DNA of 64,000 bases from the human T2T-CHM13v2.0 reference genome, Homo sapiens, in NCBI RefSeq assembly GCF_009914755.1, contig NC_060926.1. One strand, given 5' to 3'. Under the pieces are notes generated by a model. The model saw nothing but the letters and a program-made list of their open reading frames with translations, was not told the origin of the DNA and did no database searches. The first letter of the stretch is position 1; the number at the start of each line of letters is the position of its first letter. The position numbers and the translations under genes were made by a program. Of this stretch, positions 29,838-44,800 are shown piece by piece.

Positions 29838-32479
29838 TTCCAAGGCATTAAAAAAGTTAACTTTTAATATACATTTTCTTAAATAAAATATGACAGTTAA
29901 AATTTATAAAATTATAAAAGTAATATAATCCCATTACTGAAAATTTGGAGAATAAAGATCAACAGAGGAAAAAATATCTATAATCTTACCACCGTAAAAT
30001 AACCTTATTGCTTTGGTAAAACATTTCCTTCCTGTGTTTATTCCCATCTCTATCATAAAAATTCATAGCCAAAATCATAATAAAATCAATTCTAACGGTA
30101 ATACTTCTTAGTCCTGTTAAAACAGTCAGTGGGCTAATGGAGGAGAAATTAGGAAACCTTCAGTTTAATTACAATTTGTTCTCAGAATCTCCAAATGACT
30201 CTGATCAAGAGGTTTTTCCCATCAGTGAGCTTTTCCTCAGCTCCACAAGGGCAGTAGAGCTTGCCTTGAATACCTCTCAAGATGTAGAAATAGGAAATGG
30301 TTTATGTAACATGGAAAACCCCTAGCTAAATGGAATGTGAATATTCAAGCTAGGATACAAATAAATTTTTTTAAAACAAAACTAAGGGGAACTATTTGGA
30401 AGAGTTAGGGTTGTTTGATTTCCTTAACATCTCTTTGCTACGCTTGATATTTTTGATTAGGGGGATAGGGAAAGTTATCTTCAAAGAGATTTTATTAGAA
30501 AATGGCTATAGAAATTGAGGATAGGGTTTAGCGCTTCCTAATCTTGGAGCTCAATTCAATCTTCAGTATAACACCAGAAAATAGACGAAATCCTGCTTTA
30601 AAAATAATTAGGATTATTAATACTCCAGAGGGCAGGCCAGGAAATGCTTAAGATGACAGATTTCATTCTGTTCTGCAAAACCATTTTTTTACTCTTTTAA
30701 ATGGCTATTCAAGCCAGTCACGTACTTGCTATTAAGGACAGCAGGCAGATCTAACAGAACGATGTCTGGTCTTGGAAACTGATAGGTCTGAATTGATCCT
30801 CACAATTAGGAGAATTAAGTTAAATCCTGATATCTGAGAAAAGACAGCCAGACACTGGACTAAATGGAATATAGTTACTTAATGCCAATGAGAGATGATC
30901 CAGATAAAATCCACCAGGTCCACTTTTGCTTTAAAATCTTCCTTGGTCCACTAAGAACTTGGGAAGGAGTGGTCTGACAAAGGAGATTTTCCTCATGTGC
31001 AACACGGATGAAGCGAGTGTACCTAATATCTTCAATTGCCTAGCTATCCTCTCAAAATCAAATCTAATTACTTGAATGACCACCAAAACAAAACATCCTG
31101 CTTTACAGAGAGATTTTAAGTGTCAATGATGGCTAAATTGGTGATTTCTGTGACCTTCAGAGCTCACTGCAAACAGACTCGGATCTCCTCCTCCATTTCA
31201 TGCCATCATCAACCATGCTTGCCTTTTCATTTTTCTTATTCAGTGCCACCTTTTCTGCTTTTGCTTTACTAATTGGTGTGTATTCTGGTGGCAAGTGCCA
31301 CACGCCTAAGCTCTCAATGGATCACAGGGCTCGGATTGCCTCACTCACTTGCTCTCTATACACCTCTCATAGCTGTCAAAGCCCCGCTCCAAGCAGATTA
31401 ATCCAAAACTTCTAAACCAAGCTCAACTATCATTCTTTCCCTCTAAATAAGTTTTTATCTAATACACACATGGCAAATATATTTATAGCCTATATTCAAA
31501 GTGTCAAGTACAAGAAGCAGAGGATAGAATGATAATTTTGTCTGGTAGAGAGGAAAGAAACAATCAGGAGAGGAAAAGAGGTTTTAAGCTGAGTTTTAGG
31601 ATTTGCTGTTGTGGGTGAGGGCAAGAGGAAGACAAGAGGTGTGAAACAGCACGGTATGACAGGGAAATAGACGGATGGCTGTACTATTAATGAAGAGATT
31701 GGTGCTGGGAAACGGTTATGGATGAAGGAGCTAGGAAGGCAGGCAGGGACTAAGGATCACGAAGGCTAAGAGAATTGTATTTGTCCTGTATACAATTGTA
31801 GTCAAAGCTAACCATAACTGAGGGCTTATGATGCGCCACACCCTGTGCCAGGTGCTTTCTGTGAATCATTTAAGCAAACAGCAACCTTATGAACTGGGTT
31901 CTATTATTATTTCCATTCTAAAGGTGAAGAAACTAAGACTGAGAGAGAGTAAGAAACTTACTTAAGGTAAGATTAGGACTTTTCTTTTGAAATATACCAG
32001 CCAGAGAGTGATGCTTAAAGGCAGGAAGCGCAAATAGGAGGCTTCTGTCTTCCTTCATGTAAGTGATACTGAGGGTTTGAGTTAGTGTGGTGGGACTGGA
32101 GTACAGTGGAGAGCATGGCCTCAGGAGCTAAAATAAAGGCTTGGTTTTGCTAATTGCTTAGGCAGCGTAGGTGTGGCAGACGGAGGAGTCCAGGATGTCT
32201 CCCATATCTGGCAGTGGTGACTGTGGGGCATTCACTAAGACAGGTAATGTGCACTTGGGGGAACATCTGGTGAGTGTGATGTGATAAGGCCAATTTGGGA
32301 ACTGTTGAGTTTGATGTTCCCAGGGGACAGGCTTCATTCTTTCATTCATTTAATATACATTCCTGCTTGTCTACTATGTGCCAGAACTGTGCTAAAACAC
32401 ATTCCGTGTGCCCAGAGAGCTCACCTTTATAGAGAAAATAGACAAGCAACTAGCTGTTATATAGATGTTATGATAATGA

Positions 32480-32910
32480 AAATAGTAACAGCTTCCATTA
32501 ATTAAGTGCTTATCACAGTCATTTGCTAAGTGCTTTTCTTATATTACCCCAATTCACACAACTCTTTTAGGTAAATATGTGAAATTATGATGAGAACAAA
32601 TTTGGTACACACTATGTGCTAGGCACTGTTCTAATCATGACACATGCATTAACCCATTTACCCAGCAGTAACTCTGTAAGGCATTAATATCCTCATTTTA
32701 CATATGAGGAAACTGACACCAAGAGTCTAAATAACTTGCCTAGGTTAAACAGCTAACTAACAAGTCACAATGCTAAGACTTGAGCTCTGGCAGTCTGGGC
32801 TCGTTTTACAGATTACAAAACTGAGGCTCTAGGAAATTCAAGCAACTTGCCCCAACAAATCAAGCACCTGATAACAGGTAGAGGTTTTAACTCCAAGCTC
32901 CTGCTATTAA
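32480..32910 (-). mobile_element. Cluster of MIR fragments
   Basis: Repeated MIR cores: cattttacatatgaggaaactga and ttttacagattacaaaactgaggctc. Confidence 0.65.
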
Positions 32911-34489
32911 TCCCTTAATAAGTGCAATCCTCAAGGGCCACATGACACGATGGTGGCACGAAGGAGAGAGCCAGCAATGCAGTCAATGGGGAATGGTGAG
33001 GAGCAACAAAAAAGCTGTCACCACGGAGGACATGCCTTCTTTAGCTCTCAAAGAATAAGCAAGGATTCCCTAGATGGATAAAAATATCTGGAGCACAGGT
33101 GGAAAGATGGTCACTAAACAAGAGAAGGGGTTCTTCTTTCTCTCAAGTTAGGAGGGAAAATAGGATAGGTACAAATATAGATAGATTTGTAGATATTCAT
33201 ATTCATATTTCATAACTTCATTTTTCTCCTTGAAGTAGGAGACAAGGTCATATGCTGAGAATACTTAGGAAGAGGCATCTTGAAAACAGTGAAGATTTGG
33301 ATGATTATTGGGTAGAACTGGACACAGAGTTGCCCAGGGATATATTAGAAAAGGACATAAGCCAATTGACCACTCACAATTTTCATGTTTATTTTATTAG
33401 ACACCAACGATTCCAGGTAGGTGACAGCTCTAGGGCCCTTTCCCACCTACTTGCTCCCAGGTAACACACTTACAATGAAAGTAAGTCTCAGACATCTGTT
33501 AGCAAGGTGGCATCAAAACAGACATACACACATAGACCAATGGAACAGAACAAGAACCCAGAAATAAATCCATGCATTTACAACCAACTCATTTTCAACA
33601 AAGCTGCCAAGGACCTACACTGGGGAAAGGACAGTCTCTTCAGTAAATGGTGCTGGGAAAACTGGATATTCATATGCAGAAGAATGAAACTAGACCCCCT
33701 CAGGATATACAAAAATCAAATAAAAATGTATTACAGACTGAAATGTAAGACCTGACAAATAAAATGACCAGAAGGAAGCATTGAAAAAATGCTTCAGAAC
33801 ATTGGCCTGGGCAAAGATTATTTGGGTAAGACCTCAAAAGCACAGGCAACAAGAGCAAAAATAGATAGGTAGGATTACATCAAGCTAGAAAGCTTCTGCA
33901 TAGCAAAAGAAACAACCAATAAAGTGAAGAGACAATGTACAAAATGGAAGAAAATATGTGCAAGCCATTAATCTGACAAGGGATTAATAACCAGAATACA
34001 TAAGCAACTCAACCCAGTAGCAACAAAAATAAATCTTATTTTAAAACGAGCAAAAGATCTGAATAGACAATTCTCAATAAACACATACAAATAGCCAACA
34101 GGTATGTTAAAAAATGCTCAACATCACTAATCATCAGGGAAATGCAAATCAAAACCACAATGAGATATCATCTTACTCCAGTTAAAATGGCTATTACTCA
34201 AAAGACAGAAAATAACAGATGCTGGTGAGGATGTGGAGAAAAGGGAATGAATGCTCAGACACTATTAGTGGGAATGTAAATTAGTACAGCCACTGTGGAA
34301 AACAGTATGGGAGTTCTTCAATAAACTAAAAATAGAACTAACATATGACCCAGCAATCTCACTGCTAGATATATAACCAAAAGGTGGTAGATATGGAATC
34401 AACTTAAGTGCCCATCAATGGACAAATGGATAATGTGGTATATATGCACAATGGGATATTATTCAGCCATAAAAAAGAATGAAATTCTT

Positions 34490-34745
34490 GTCCAGGTGTG
34501 GTGGCTCATGCCTGTGGGAGGCCGAGGTGGGAAGATTGCTTGAGCTCAGGAGTTCGAGGCCAGCCTGGGCAACATGGTGAAACCCTGACTCTTTTACAAA
34601 AAAATACAAAAATTAGTCGGATGTAGTGATGTGCACCTATGGTCCCAGCTAGTTGGGAGGCTGAGGTGGGAGGACTGCTTGAGCCCAGGAGGTCAAGGCT
34701 GCAGTGAGCCATGACCGTGCTACTGCACTCCACACCTTGAAAAAA
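34490..34745 (+). mobile_element. AluJ within L1, with internal and 3' deletions
   Basis: TSD aaaaagaat(g/a)aaattct. Confidence 0.85.
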
Positions 34746-34865
34746 GAATAAAATTCTGTCATTTGCAGCAACATGGATTCTGTCAAATGCAGCAAATTCT
34801 GTCAAATGCAGCAAATTCTGTCATTTGCAGCAACATGGATAGAACTGGAAATTAAAGTGAAATAA

Positions 34866-35208
<343 letters not shown>

Positions 35209-35836
35209 TCACTCATATGTAGGAGCAAAAAAATTGATCTCATGGAGGTAGTGAGTAGAATGGTGGTTACCAGAGGCTAAGAAAAGTAGGGGGAAGAGGG
35301 GAATGAAGAAAGGTTGGTTAATGGGTATAAAAATATAGTGGGAAAGAGAAGTTCTAGTATTTGATAGCATAGTAGGGCAATTATAGTTCATAACAATTTA
35401 TTGTATATTTCAAAAATAGCTAGAAGAGAACATTTTGAATGTTCCCAACCCAGAGAAATGATAAATATTTGAGGTGATGGATATCCTGATTTAATTATTA
35501 CACATAGTATGTATGTATCAAAATATTACATATACCCCATAAACATGTACAATTATTATGGATCAATTTTAAAAGCAGTCATACAGCCTGTTTCCATATG
35601 AAGCCCCTTGCACAGAAGGTACATTCAAGGCAGATGTCACAACATTCTGGCAGAAGGATCAGAAAAGCTTCTGGTCATATCAGGTAATTGAAGTATGTTA
35701 TCTATTATGTGTGTAAGATGCAGGATCATAACAGAATCCTAAGCCTAGAGTGCTACTCCAGTAGGGAGTTAGATTCCTGGACTTGCCAAATTCTACTACC
35801 TTTTTTAATGCAAGGATAGAAATGCTGTACCATATA

Positions 35837-36225
<389 letters not shown>

Positions 36226-37049
36226 TTAAAGCCACAGATTTCAATTTTAGTAGCAAAACTGGAGCTGCAGATAAAAGTAGGAATTATCAGCATAAGAATC
36301 CTGGTAGTTAAAATGATGTAAGTGAGGGAGATGCCCAATAGAAAGACAAGAAAGTGGGAAACAAAATAATGAATCTTAAGGAAGCCCACTATTAAAGGTT
36401 TAGGCAGAGGACAAGAAATTAGAGAAGGTGATTGAAAAAGAAGAGTTAGAGGGAGGAGAACCAGGGGTGTGTTGTCAAAACCAAGGCAGGAGAATTCAAA
36501 AGGAGTATGGTCCATCTGGTCAAATAGTGTATCCTAGAGAAGTCCAGTAGAATAAGAAACTGCCAAGGGTCAACAGATTTGGCAAAATTGTGTTGGAGAA
36601 GAGACGAGATTTGGCAAAACTGTGATGGAGACGAGAGGAGAAGACCATGAATACAGGCAGAAGGGATAAACTTTCATATGACAAGTAATGTTTCTTTGGT
36701 GGCTGGAAGGAGGACAATGAGGATAGATGCGGATGTAGGCACGTTTATAGGTCAGTTGACAGGATTATTGCATAATCACCCCTATTTTCTCTACGAAGTA
36801 GAAGATAATGGCACTTCACAGGGTAACTTGGACTGGGTATTTCATCTCTTTAAGATCACAGATGCTGAAATAAAAGAATCTGATGAAAGCTACTGATATA
36901 AATGGAATACAACTTCAACAAGCTTCCAACATCACATCGAAGTACCTACTGGCCCCTATGGCTGCAGACAGCTTTTTTCTCTTATTCCATGCTCCAAGCA
37001 ATAGCCAGACCCTCCTATTGTTCACGCAATTCCATCATTCTTACTGATT

Positions 37050-37560
37050 CAACCATATCATTCTAGCAATTCTCTCTCTTCTGGATAGTTTACACCAGCA
37101 TAGAAAACATACGGTTATTTTTTCCATTAAAACAACAACAACAAAATCAAACCTAACTTGACCCCACTTCCCTTCAAGTTACTCCTGACTTCTCTTCTTC
37201 CTTTTATAGCAAAACTTCTCAAAAGAGTTGTCTATTCTTGTTTCTTGTTTCTCTCTCTCTATTCTATGTTGAACCCACTTCAATCAGACCTTTGCTCCCA
37301 CCACTCCATTCAAACTGCTTTCATTAAGGTCACTAATTACCTTCACATTACTAAAGCAAATCGTCAGTTCTCAGTGCTCATCTTATTTGAGCTATCAGCA
37401 TCTGTCACAATTCATCTGGAAACACTTTCTTCACGTGGCTTGTCAGACACCCTGGGATCCTTCTACCTCACTGCTCACTCCTTCTTGGCCTCCTTTGCTG
37501 GTCCCTCCTCTTGTCTCTAGGCTCCTAAGTTGGAGGGTCCCCGTGCTCACTTTTCTCCTC
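37050..37560 (+). mobile_element. L2 ORF2 reverse-transcriptase remnant
   Basis: ORF 37158-37520 KLLKRVVY...LNPLQSDLCSHHSIQTAFIKVTN...FSVLILFELSA matches the L2 RT pattern (QSGFRPxHSTETAL...LILLDLSAAF). Confidence 0.8.
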
Positions 37561-37870
37561 TATTGACCTGCATTTTGATAGCCACTAAGCCTGCTATTTA
37601 TACTTCCTGAAGAGCCTCCTTGGCTGTTAGCAGTTACTTTGCAAAGCTATTAGCATATACCTGTGATTCTCACTTGCTCTCCTTTTTAAAAAACAGCAGT
37701 GCTGACAAAGGCCTGAGGATGGCTCAGTGTACTGTTCCTTACTGTTGGCCCCTAGTCAGAAGTCTTCACAGCTTCTCTCAAGGTTCTGGTTCTAGTTCCA
37801 AAGGCCTGGATTTGCTAGAAGACTGACCTTCACATGAGTAGGAGCGCTACTCTACTATAAGAAATATCTC

Positions 37871-38230
<360 letters not shown>

Positions 38231-38616
38231 TTATATAAGGCCTTGCCTAGAAAGATCACTAGCATGTTCATGCATGTATTATTTTCCCATTTTTATCTTC
38301 CCATAGTGTTGTAATGTTGAAGATAAGATCAAATAAAAAATAATAAAAGAGGCTCCTCTCTCTCAGAATTCTCTCTAGCACCAGAAGTAAAAACTGCTCT
38401 ATATGTCTTTTTAAATGAGGAAACTAATAAGAGTCATAGTTAAGAAGCCTTTCAACTGTGAGATATATAAGAAGCATTAGGTAAGGTCTTGCAGCTTTTA
38501 TGAGACTACCTAATCATATCTGCTTCAAATTGTTTGATCACCATCTTTATAATCCACCTGAGAACATATGAACACCTGAATTATTATTATTAAGTGAACT
38601 GAGTTTTTGTACCTAC

Positions 38617-38762
38617 CTTATACTTTGAAGTATCCCAGTTGTGGACTATGCGTGCTGGAATGAGAAAGCTGTCATCCACGTGGCAGCTACTGCAGTAATA
38701 CCACCCACTGTAGTTGCACACCTTGGCTTTCCCATTGGAAAGACCTATGGATCGCTGGCAGC
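38617..38762 (-). CDS. PLEKHM3: PLEKHM3 internal coding exon (146 bp), start of Rubicon-homology/DUF4206 region
   Basis: Minus strand reads ...TTCCTTTTTCCTTGAACAG|GCTGCCAG...TATAAG|GTAGGT. Translates (G)[48 protein letters not shown], with the YYCxxCH and [10 protein letters not shown] motifs of RUBCN/PLEKHM1/DEF8-family RH domains. Ends in phase 0, matching the next exon. Not reported by the ORF track. Confidence 0.96.
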
Positions 38763-39089
38763 CTGTTCAAGGAAAAAGGAAGAGTCTATGATTGCTGTTG
38801 TACTTTTAACACTACAGAACAAGGTTATAGAGCTCTAACATCACAGAACAAGGTTATATTTCATTTACCTAGTCTGCAACAAAAAAGAAGTTACAGATAA
38901 TAGAGTTGTACAGTTGTGTCCTCTTCTTCCTAGTCTGACAGCCTGTCCCTTCACCTCCTAGGGTATTGCTGTAAGGGTCATCAACTGGTCCCCTGTCTCT
39001 GGTTTCTTCTGATTCCATCTCTTCTGCATACAGCTGCCAGAGATCAGTCTCTCTACAACCTCGCCTTTATCTCCTCACTGCCCTGCTCA

Positions 39090-39290
39090 GAACTCCATTT
39101 CCACCAGGCACTTTGCTGAAGGCATCTCATACAGAATCTTGTTTAACCAGCACCACTTCTCTATGAGGAAGATATTATTAATTCTATTTTATAGATGAAG
39201 AATCTAAGATTTTTATGAGGTTAAGTATCTTGTCTGAGTTCACCCAGTCAAAAAAAGCCAGAGTTTGGATTTGGCTCTAAATTGGATGCT
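39090..39290 (-). mobile_element. MIR SINE
   Basis: attttatagatgaagaatctaag...gaggttaagtatcttgtctgagttcac. Confidence 0.65.
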
Positions 39291-39953
39291 AAAATAATCC
39301 CCAAAACTGTTATGTAGCCTTCCTTTGCTTACCAAATCATTGTAAGGAATTTGGCCTCTGATTGGCTCCATCTCACTTTTCTAACTTTCCCTCCCACTAC
39401 TGTCCAATGGGAACGTAATCACTTTATTCCAGTCAGAGAACTCTCCTCATTGTTCCCCAAATAAACACAGCATGCTTACTCCACCCTCCATATATTCACA
39501 TGTATTACCTCTCCTTACACAGCACCCTCTTCTCTGCTCTTTACTTCAACAAATCTTGCCCAAGATTACTGGTTGCCTACAATGCCCTTTTCAGATCTAA
39601 GAAAGTCCATGACTCTGTGAGCGCTGTCTTGGTACTGTCAGCGAACCTGGTAATAATCATAGCCCTTCCATAGGGAAGCCATTCGTTTTCTTTAGATAGG
39701 AAGAACTACCTTCTACTGAGTATGTAAATTCCATCACAATCATCCCCAAGGACAAAATCCTGGCAGATCCAGAACAGGTCATCAAGAATACACAAACAGC
39801 ATCATTAATCTGACATTTCTGGTCTACAGCTTTCATTTTAGAAATCCTTCCATGTGGCCCATTTTATGGTTGGGTGCCAAGAACTATATGGATCAAAGAG
39901 ATCTCGCACTAAGCCTATTTCATGAAGTGGGGCAAAAATGAATTACTCTTTCA

Positions 39954-40010
39954 GTACTACTACAATTACTACTACAACTACGACAACTACTACTAGTACT
40001 AATAATATAA
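39954..40010. repeat. Degenerate (ACT/ACA)n trinucleotide repeat
   Basis: Seen directly in the sequence. Confidence 0.75.
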
Positions 40011-40428
40011 TGATCAGTGTTGTAACCCTTTCCATTACAAGGAGGTCAAATACATTTACTTAACGAACTACCAACCTAAGAAGATTCTGATTCACATGAA
40101 CTCCATGAATGAAAGTATCACAAGACTCAACAGAACTTTCATTTTCATCACAAATACAATGGCATCAGTAATTAAGCAGTTTCCCAGTGCATCCTCTAGA
40201 AAGAGAATTAGATCTCATTGTTTTTAAATACATGAGAAATGGGAAGAAGATAAGTAAATATATTAGTATTAGGCTTCCAGAGCTTGATCCAGTTCCTTTC
40301 TAGAATGGCTATTTCTTTACTATTGAGCAGCAAAAAAAAAATCATAACAAGCTCCTGTTCTTCAGACTGGCTAAGGAATGAGAAATGTGTGAAAGATGAG
40401 TTAGAACCAACACACATGTAGCTCCTGA

Positions 40429-41227
<799 letters not shown>

Positions 41228-41515
41228 AGATCTTTTTTTTATCCTCAGCACTTAATACAGAGCTTTACAAATAGCAGACAATCAATAAATATTTATGTTA
41301 AAGGGATGATAAACTGAGTACTATCTGGCACATGTACACTCACATAAACTGTATATATATACAGAAATTTTAATTTTCCGTAGTGATTCCAAAACTGATC
41401 CTCTTAACCTGATCACCTGCTTCTGAAAACAGCCTTTCATTAATATCGCTGTTAAAATATGTTGCCCATTCTAAGAACTATATATTACCCATGTTCACAT
41501 AGGAACCATGGAACT

Positions 41516-41822
41516 GGCTAGGCATAGTAGCTCACACTTGTAATCCTAGCACTTTGGGAGGCCAAGGCCGGTGGATTGCTTGAGCCCAGGAGTTTGAGAC
41601 CAGCCTGAGCAACATGGTGAAACCCCATCTCTACAAAAAAATTAGTGAGGTGTGGTGGCATGGGCCTGTAATCCCAGCTACTGGAAGGCTGAGGTGGGAG
41701 GAGCACTTGAACCTAGGAGGTCAAGGCTGCAGTGAGCTGTGATCATGCCACTGCACTCCAGCCTGAGTGATAGAGGAAGGCTCTGTCTCAAAAGAAAAAA
41801 ATTTTTTAAAAAGAAAGAAAGA
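41516..41822 (+). mobile_element. AluJ
   Basis: Full dimer. Confidence 0.9.
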
Positions 41823-44800
41823 ATGAACTGTGGAACAGAGTTCAGTGGAACTTAATATATCCTAGACAGTGGGATACTGCTATTTCCAAAAATTAGTAGA
41901 CAAATTGACTGAACACTAAAATGACACTGAGTAGAATCCAATCCTTCCTAATGACTTAAAAGGTGACCATGATATTGCAGAAATTCAGGATCATCATTAT
42001 AGTTTAAATTCTCACCAAAGAACACTAAAAAAAATTTTTTTTGATATAACAGACATCAGTAAGCATTTGCTGGATATTTATATATTCCCTAGTAGGCACT
42101 ACTGGATTTATCTGTCTATAATTTTAATGAGCTTATTCTAATTTTCTGGATGCAACACACATAGGCAATATTAACATACACAAACATGCATTTTAAGAAA
42201 GCCTATAGCCTAAGAATGTTCACATCAACCGGGCACACAGATCCAAAGCTCACCATGCTGGGGGATCAACTCAGTTAACTAACTGAGTTAAACATCCTCG
42301 CAACTATGTACAGGTCTCCAGGCTCATAAAAGACAGAGATGAGAGAACATGGATAGGGTCCATTCAGGTTTTAGTTTGGACAAAAGCAGCAGCACATAAA
42401 CACCTACCTTTAGTCCTTGGGTGTCTTTACTTTCATACTTTATTTAGAACCAGGCTATCCTACTCCTGGTGCTGAAATCACCCTAATGACCCAGAAGTAG
42501 GTTTGAACCTGTCTGCATGCTCAGAACTACTTTAGGCACATGGTATACAGACCGTCACTAGTCTAAAGGCAGGAAGCCTGAGTCTGTTCTTGCCTAGGCA
42601 CCACTGTGACCCTGACCATCAAATTATCTAGGCCTTGCTTCCTCACCACAAAATAAACGTGTTAGCTTTAATTGGTGAATTGCCAAATTTGAGTGAGCAA
42701 TGGAATTTTCTGCAGACGTTTGTGAGAAATATGGACCCTTCTTCCCACTGAGATGATTTTGACTCTGTAGATCTTGGGTAGGGACCAGAAATCTGCATTT
42801 CTAATGAAATGAGCATCCTCCCCCTCCCATCCTATCCCCAACCCACACGCGGGACGTTGACGGGTAAAAGCTGAGGATTGCTCCCTGATTTCTAGGTGAC
42901 CTCCAAGGTCCCTCGAGCTCTAAAATTCTGCTTCTATTCAACAAAAGTGCAGAGGGGGTGCAGACTGCTCAGTGAAAAGCTCAGAATTTGTCACACAGTT
43001 TACCCTCTAGGCTTCAAAAAAATCAATATTTTAGGTACTTAGTCAATTTCTAAAAAACTGGCTATGTAGAAACAACCTGACTTCATTTTACCAGTGTTTT
43101 TCCAGAGCATTCTTGTCTCCACTGGGAGTATCCTATTCACTTTAAAAAGAATGAAAACGTTTAACCCCCAAATCCAAAGTATTTGTATTTGAAAGAACAC
43201 AGAATGGTTGGAAAAGAAGATTAGAGGCTAGTTAGTGGCCTGATGTAGATTCATTTTCTAAAAAACAACACATGCCATTTATTTGAAGAAGGAAACACGA
43301 GTTTTTTCAATTAACTGCAAGATTTCCTTTACTATCAGAGTAGCAAATCATGGACTAAAAATGTCTGAAACAATTCCCCATAAAAATACACAATCTGGGA
43401 TTTTACTTTATCATTGTGGGGTTTTTAACAGGGAAAATTTTTTCTTAATAATCACTGTTACAAAAAACCATTTTTTTAGAGAGTGTCAAAGCTGGACTCT
43501 GAAAAGCGACATTATGGGAAGAAAAATAGAGCTGTAAAGTAGAGACAAAAAATAATTAATTGAAATAACTAATTAGGGCTTATTTACATATTATATTTTT
43601 ATGTACTTTCAAACAGACTTTTCAGCAATGTTTCTAAATTAAAGGGCATTTGTAGTAAAGAACACTCCACATGTTGGATCAAAGCAAATACATTCTTCCC
43701 AGACTCTTTTTGAAACTTTTCAGAGTGTATTCAATTCATAGGAACAAAAAACTATCTCACCAGAGAACCCACTGGCCTTTTTTTTATTATTGCTTCCCAC
43801 TCCACTTCAAATCTTTAATGAACACATGCTCTGAAGAGCTTAGCCTCCCCTCTGATACACTCTTGGAAACAAATGTCACCATTTAACCAAAATCCTATTT
43901 GCTGCACGTACAGTCCATTTCCCAAATGGCCTTTCACTAAATACACCCAAAAGAATCTGTTGCTGGGGGTTGTGCAGAATTTTGGCATACTTCTCCACAA
44001 AAGCACCATCTTTCTTCTAACAAGTGTACCTAGTTAACTCAACTGGCTGCAGTTGTTGTTACTGAAGCTGCGATCTTGAGGAAGAGCCAGCCACTTTCTC
44101 TCTACTTTACGACTATTACCTTCAGTTCTCCTTTCCCTGACCAGCAGTTGGAAAACTCATGGGCTAAGAGGGAAGAATGAGAAAGCTGTGGCTGGATCCA
44201 ACTGAATCTCTCTCACTAAGGAAGGACCTCATACAGTGCTAAGTGTGGTCAGTTATGCCACCCACTTTCCATCTCTTAAAGTAAGCTTTTACCTAATTCA
44301 GTAAGGTAAATCCAGTCTTTTGCATTTAGAAGGTAGAAACGCTCTAGGAAAAGAACAAGGGCAAATAAAAAAGAAAAGAAGGTGCCTTTGTAAAAGGAAG
44401 GAAAAGAGATAAAGAGGGTGAGAAGACACATTGTCGTTTTCTCTGTAAAAATAGAAAAAAATATCTGGCGAGTTTCACATCCTCTTTTATTTTATGCACT
44501 AAGTAGGGAGAGATGTCCACAGGAATGAGCAAGGGGACTTCCCTGTCCCTCCTTCCATCCCTCCATTTTCCTGGCTGGGGACAGTGAGCTGCAGTAAGCA
44601 CTGTGTAAAATGTTGCTTGAAGGCCTAGACTTTGATCATATGCTCTTCAGACCAGATTTCCCAAAATGAAGAAAAATAGACATGCAGGTTCAAGGACTTG
44701 CTATTTTACAAGGATTAGGGGTTAAAGTCATAAATAACTTAGCTTTCCTAGCTTATAGTCTCTAACCATTGGCTCATTAAGTAGTGAAATTTTGAACCTG

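Noticed and set aside
31160-31330. Minus-strand Lys/Glu-rich reading (PEYTPISKAKAEKVALNKKNEK) resembling an exon
   Set aside because: No convincing flanking splice sites, and the PLEKHM3 exons on either side already join in frame.
37158-37520. 120-aa RT-like ORF as a domesticated gene
   Set aside because: It is a degenerate L2 remnant with key motif residues mutated, no splice signals and only a TTG start.
38641-38838. Plus-strand 65-aa ORF
   Set aside because: It is the antisense shadow of the real minus-strand exon.
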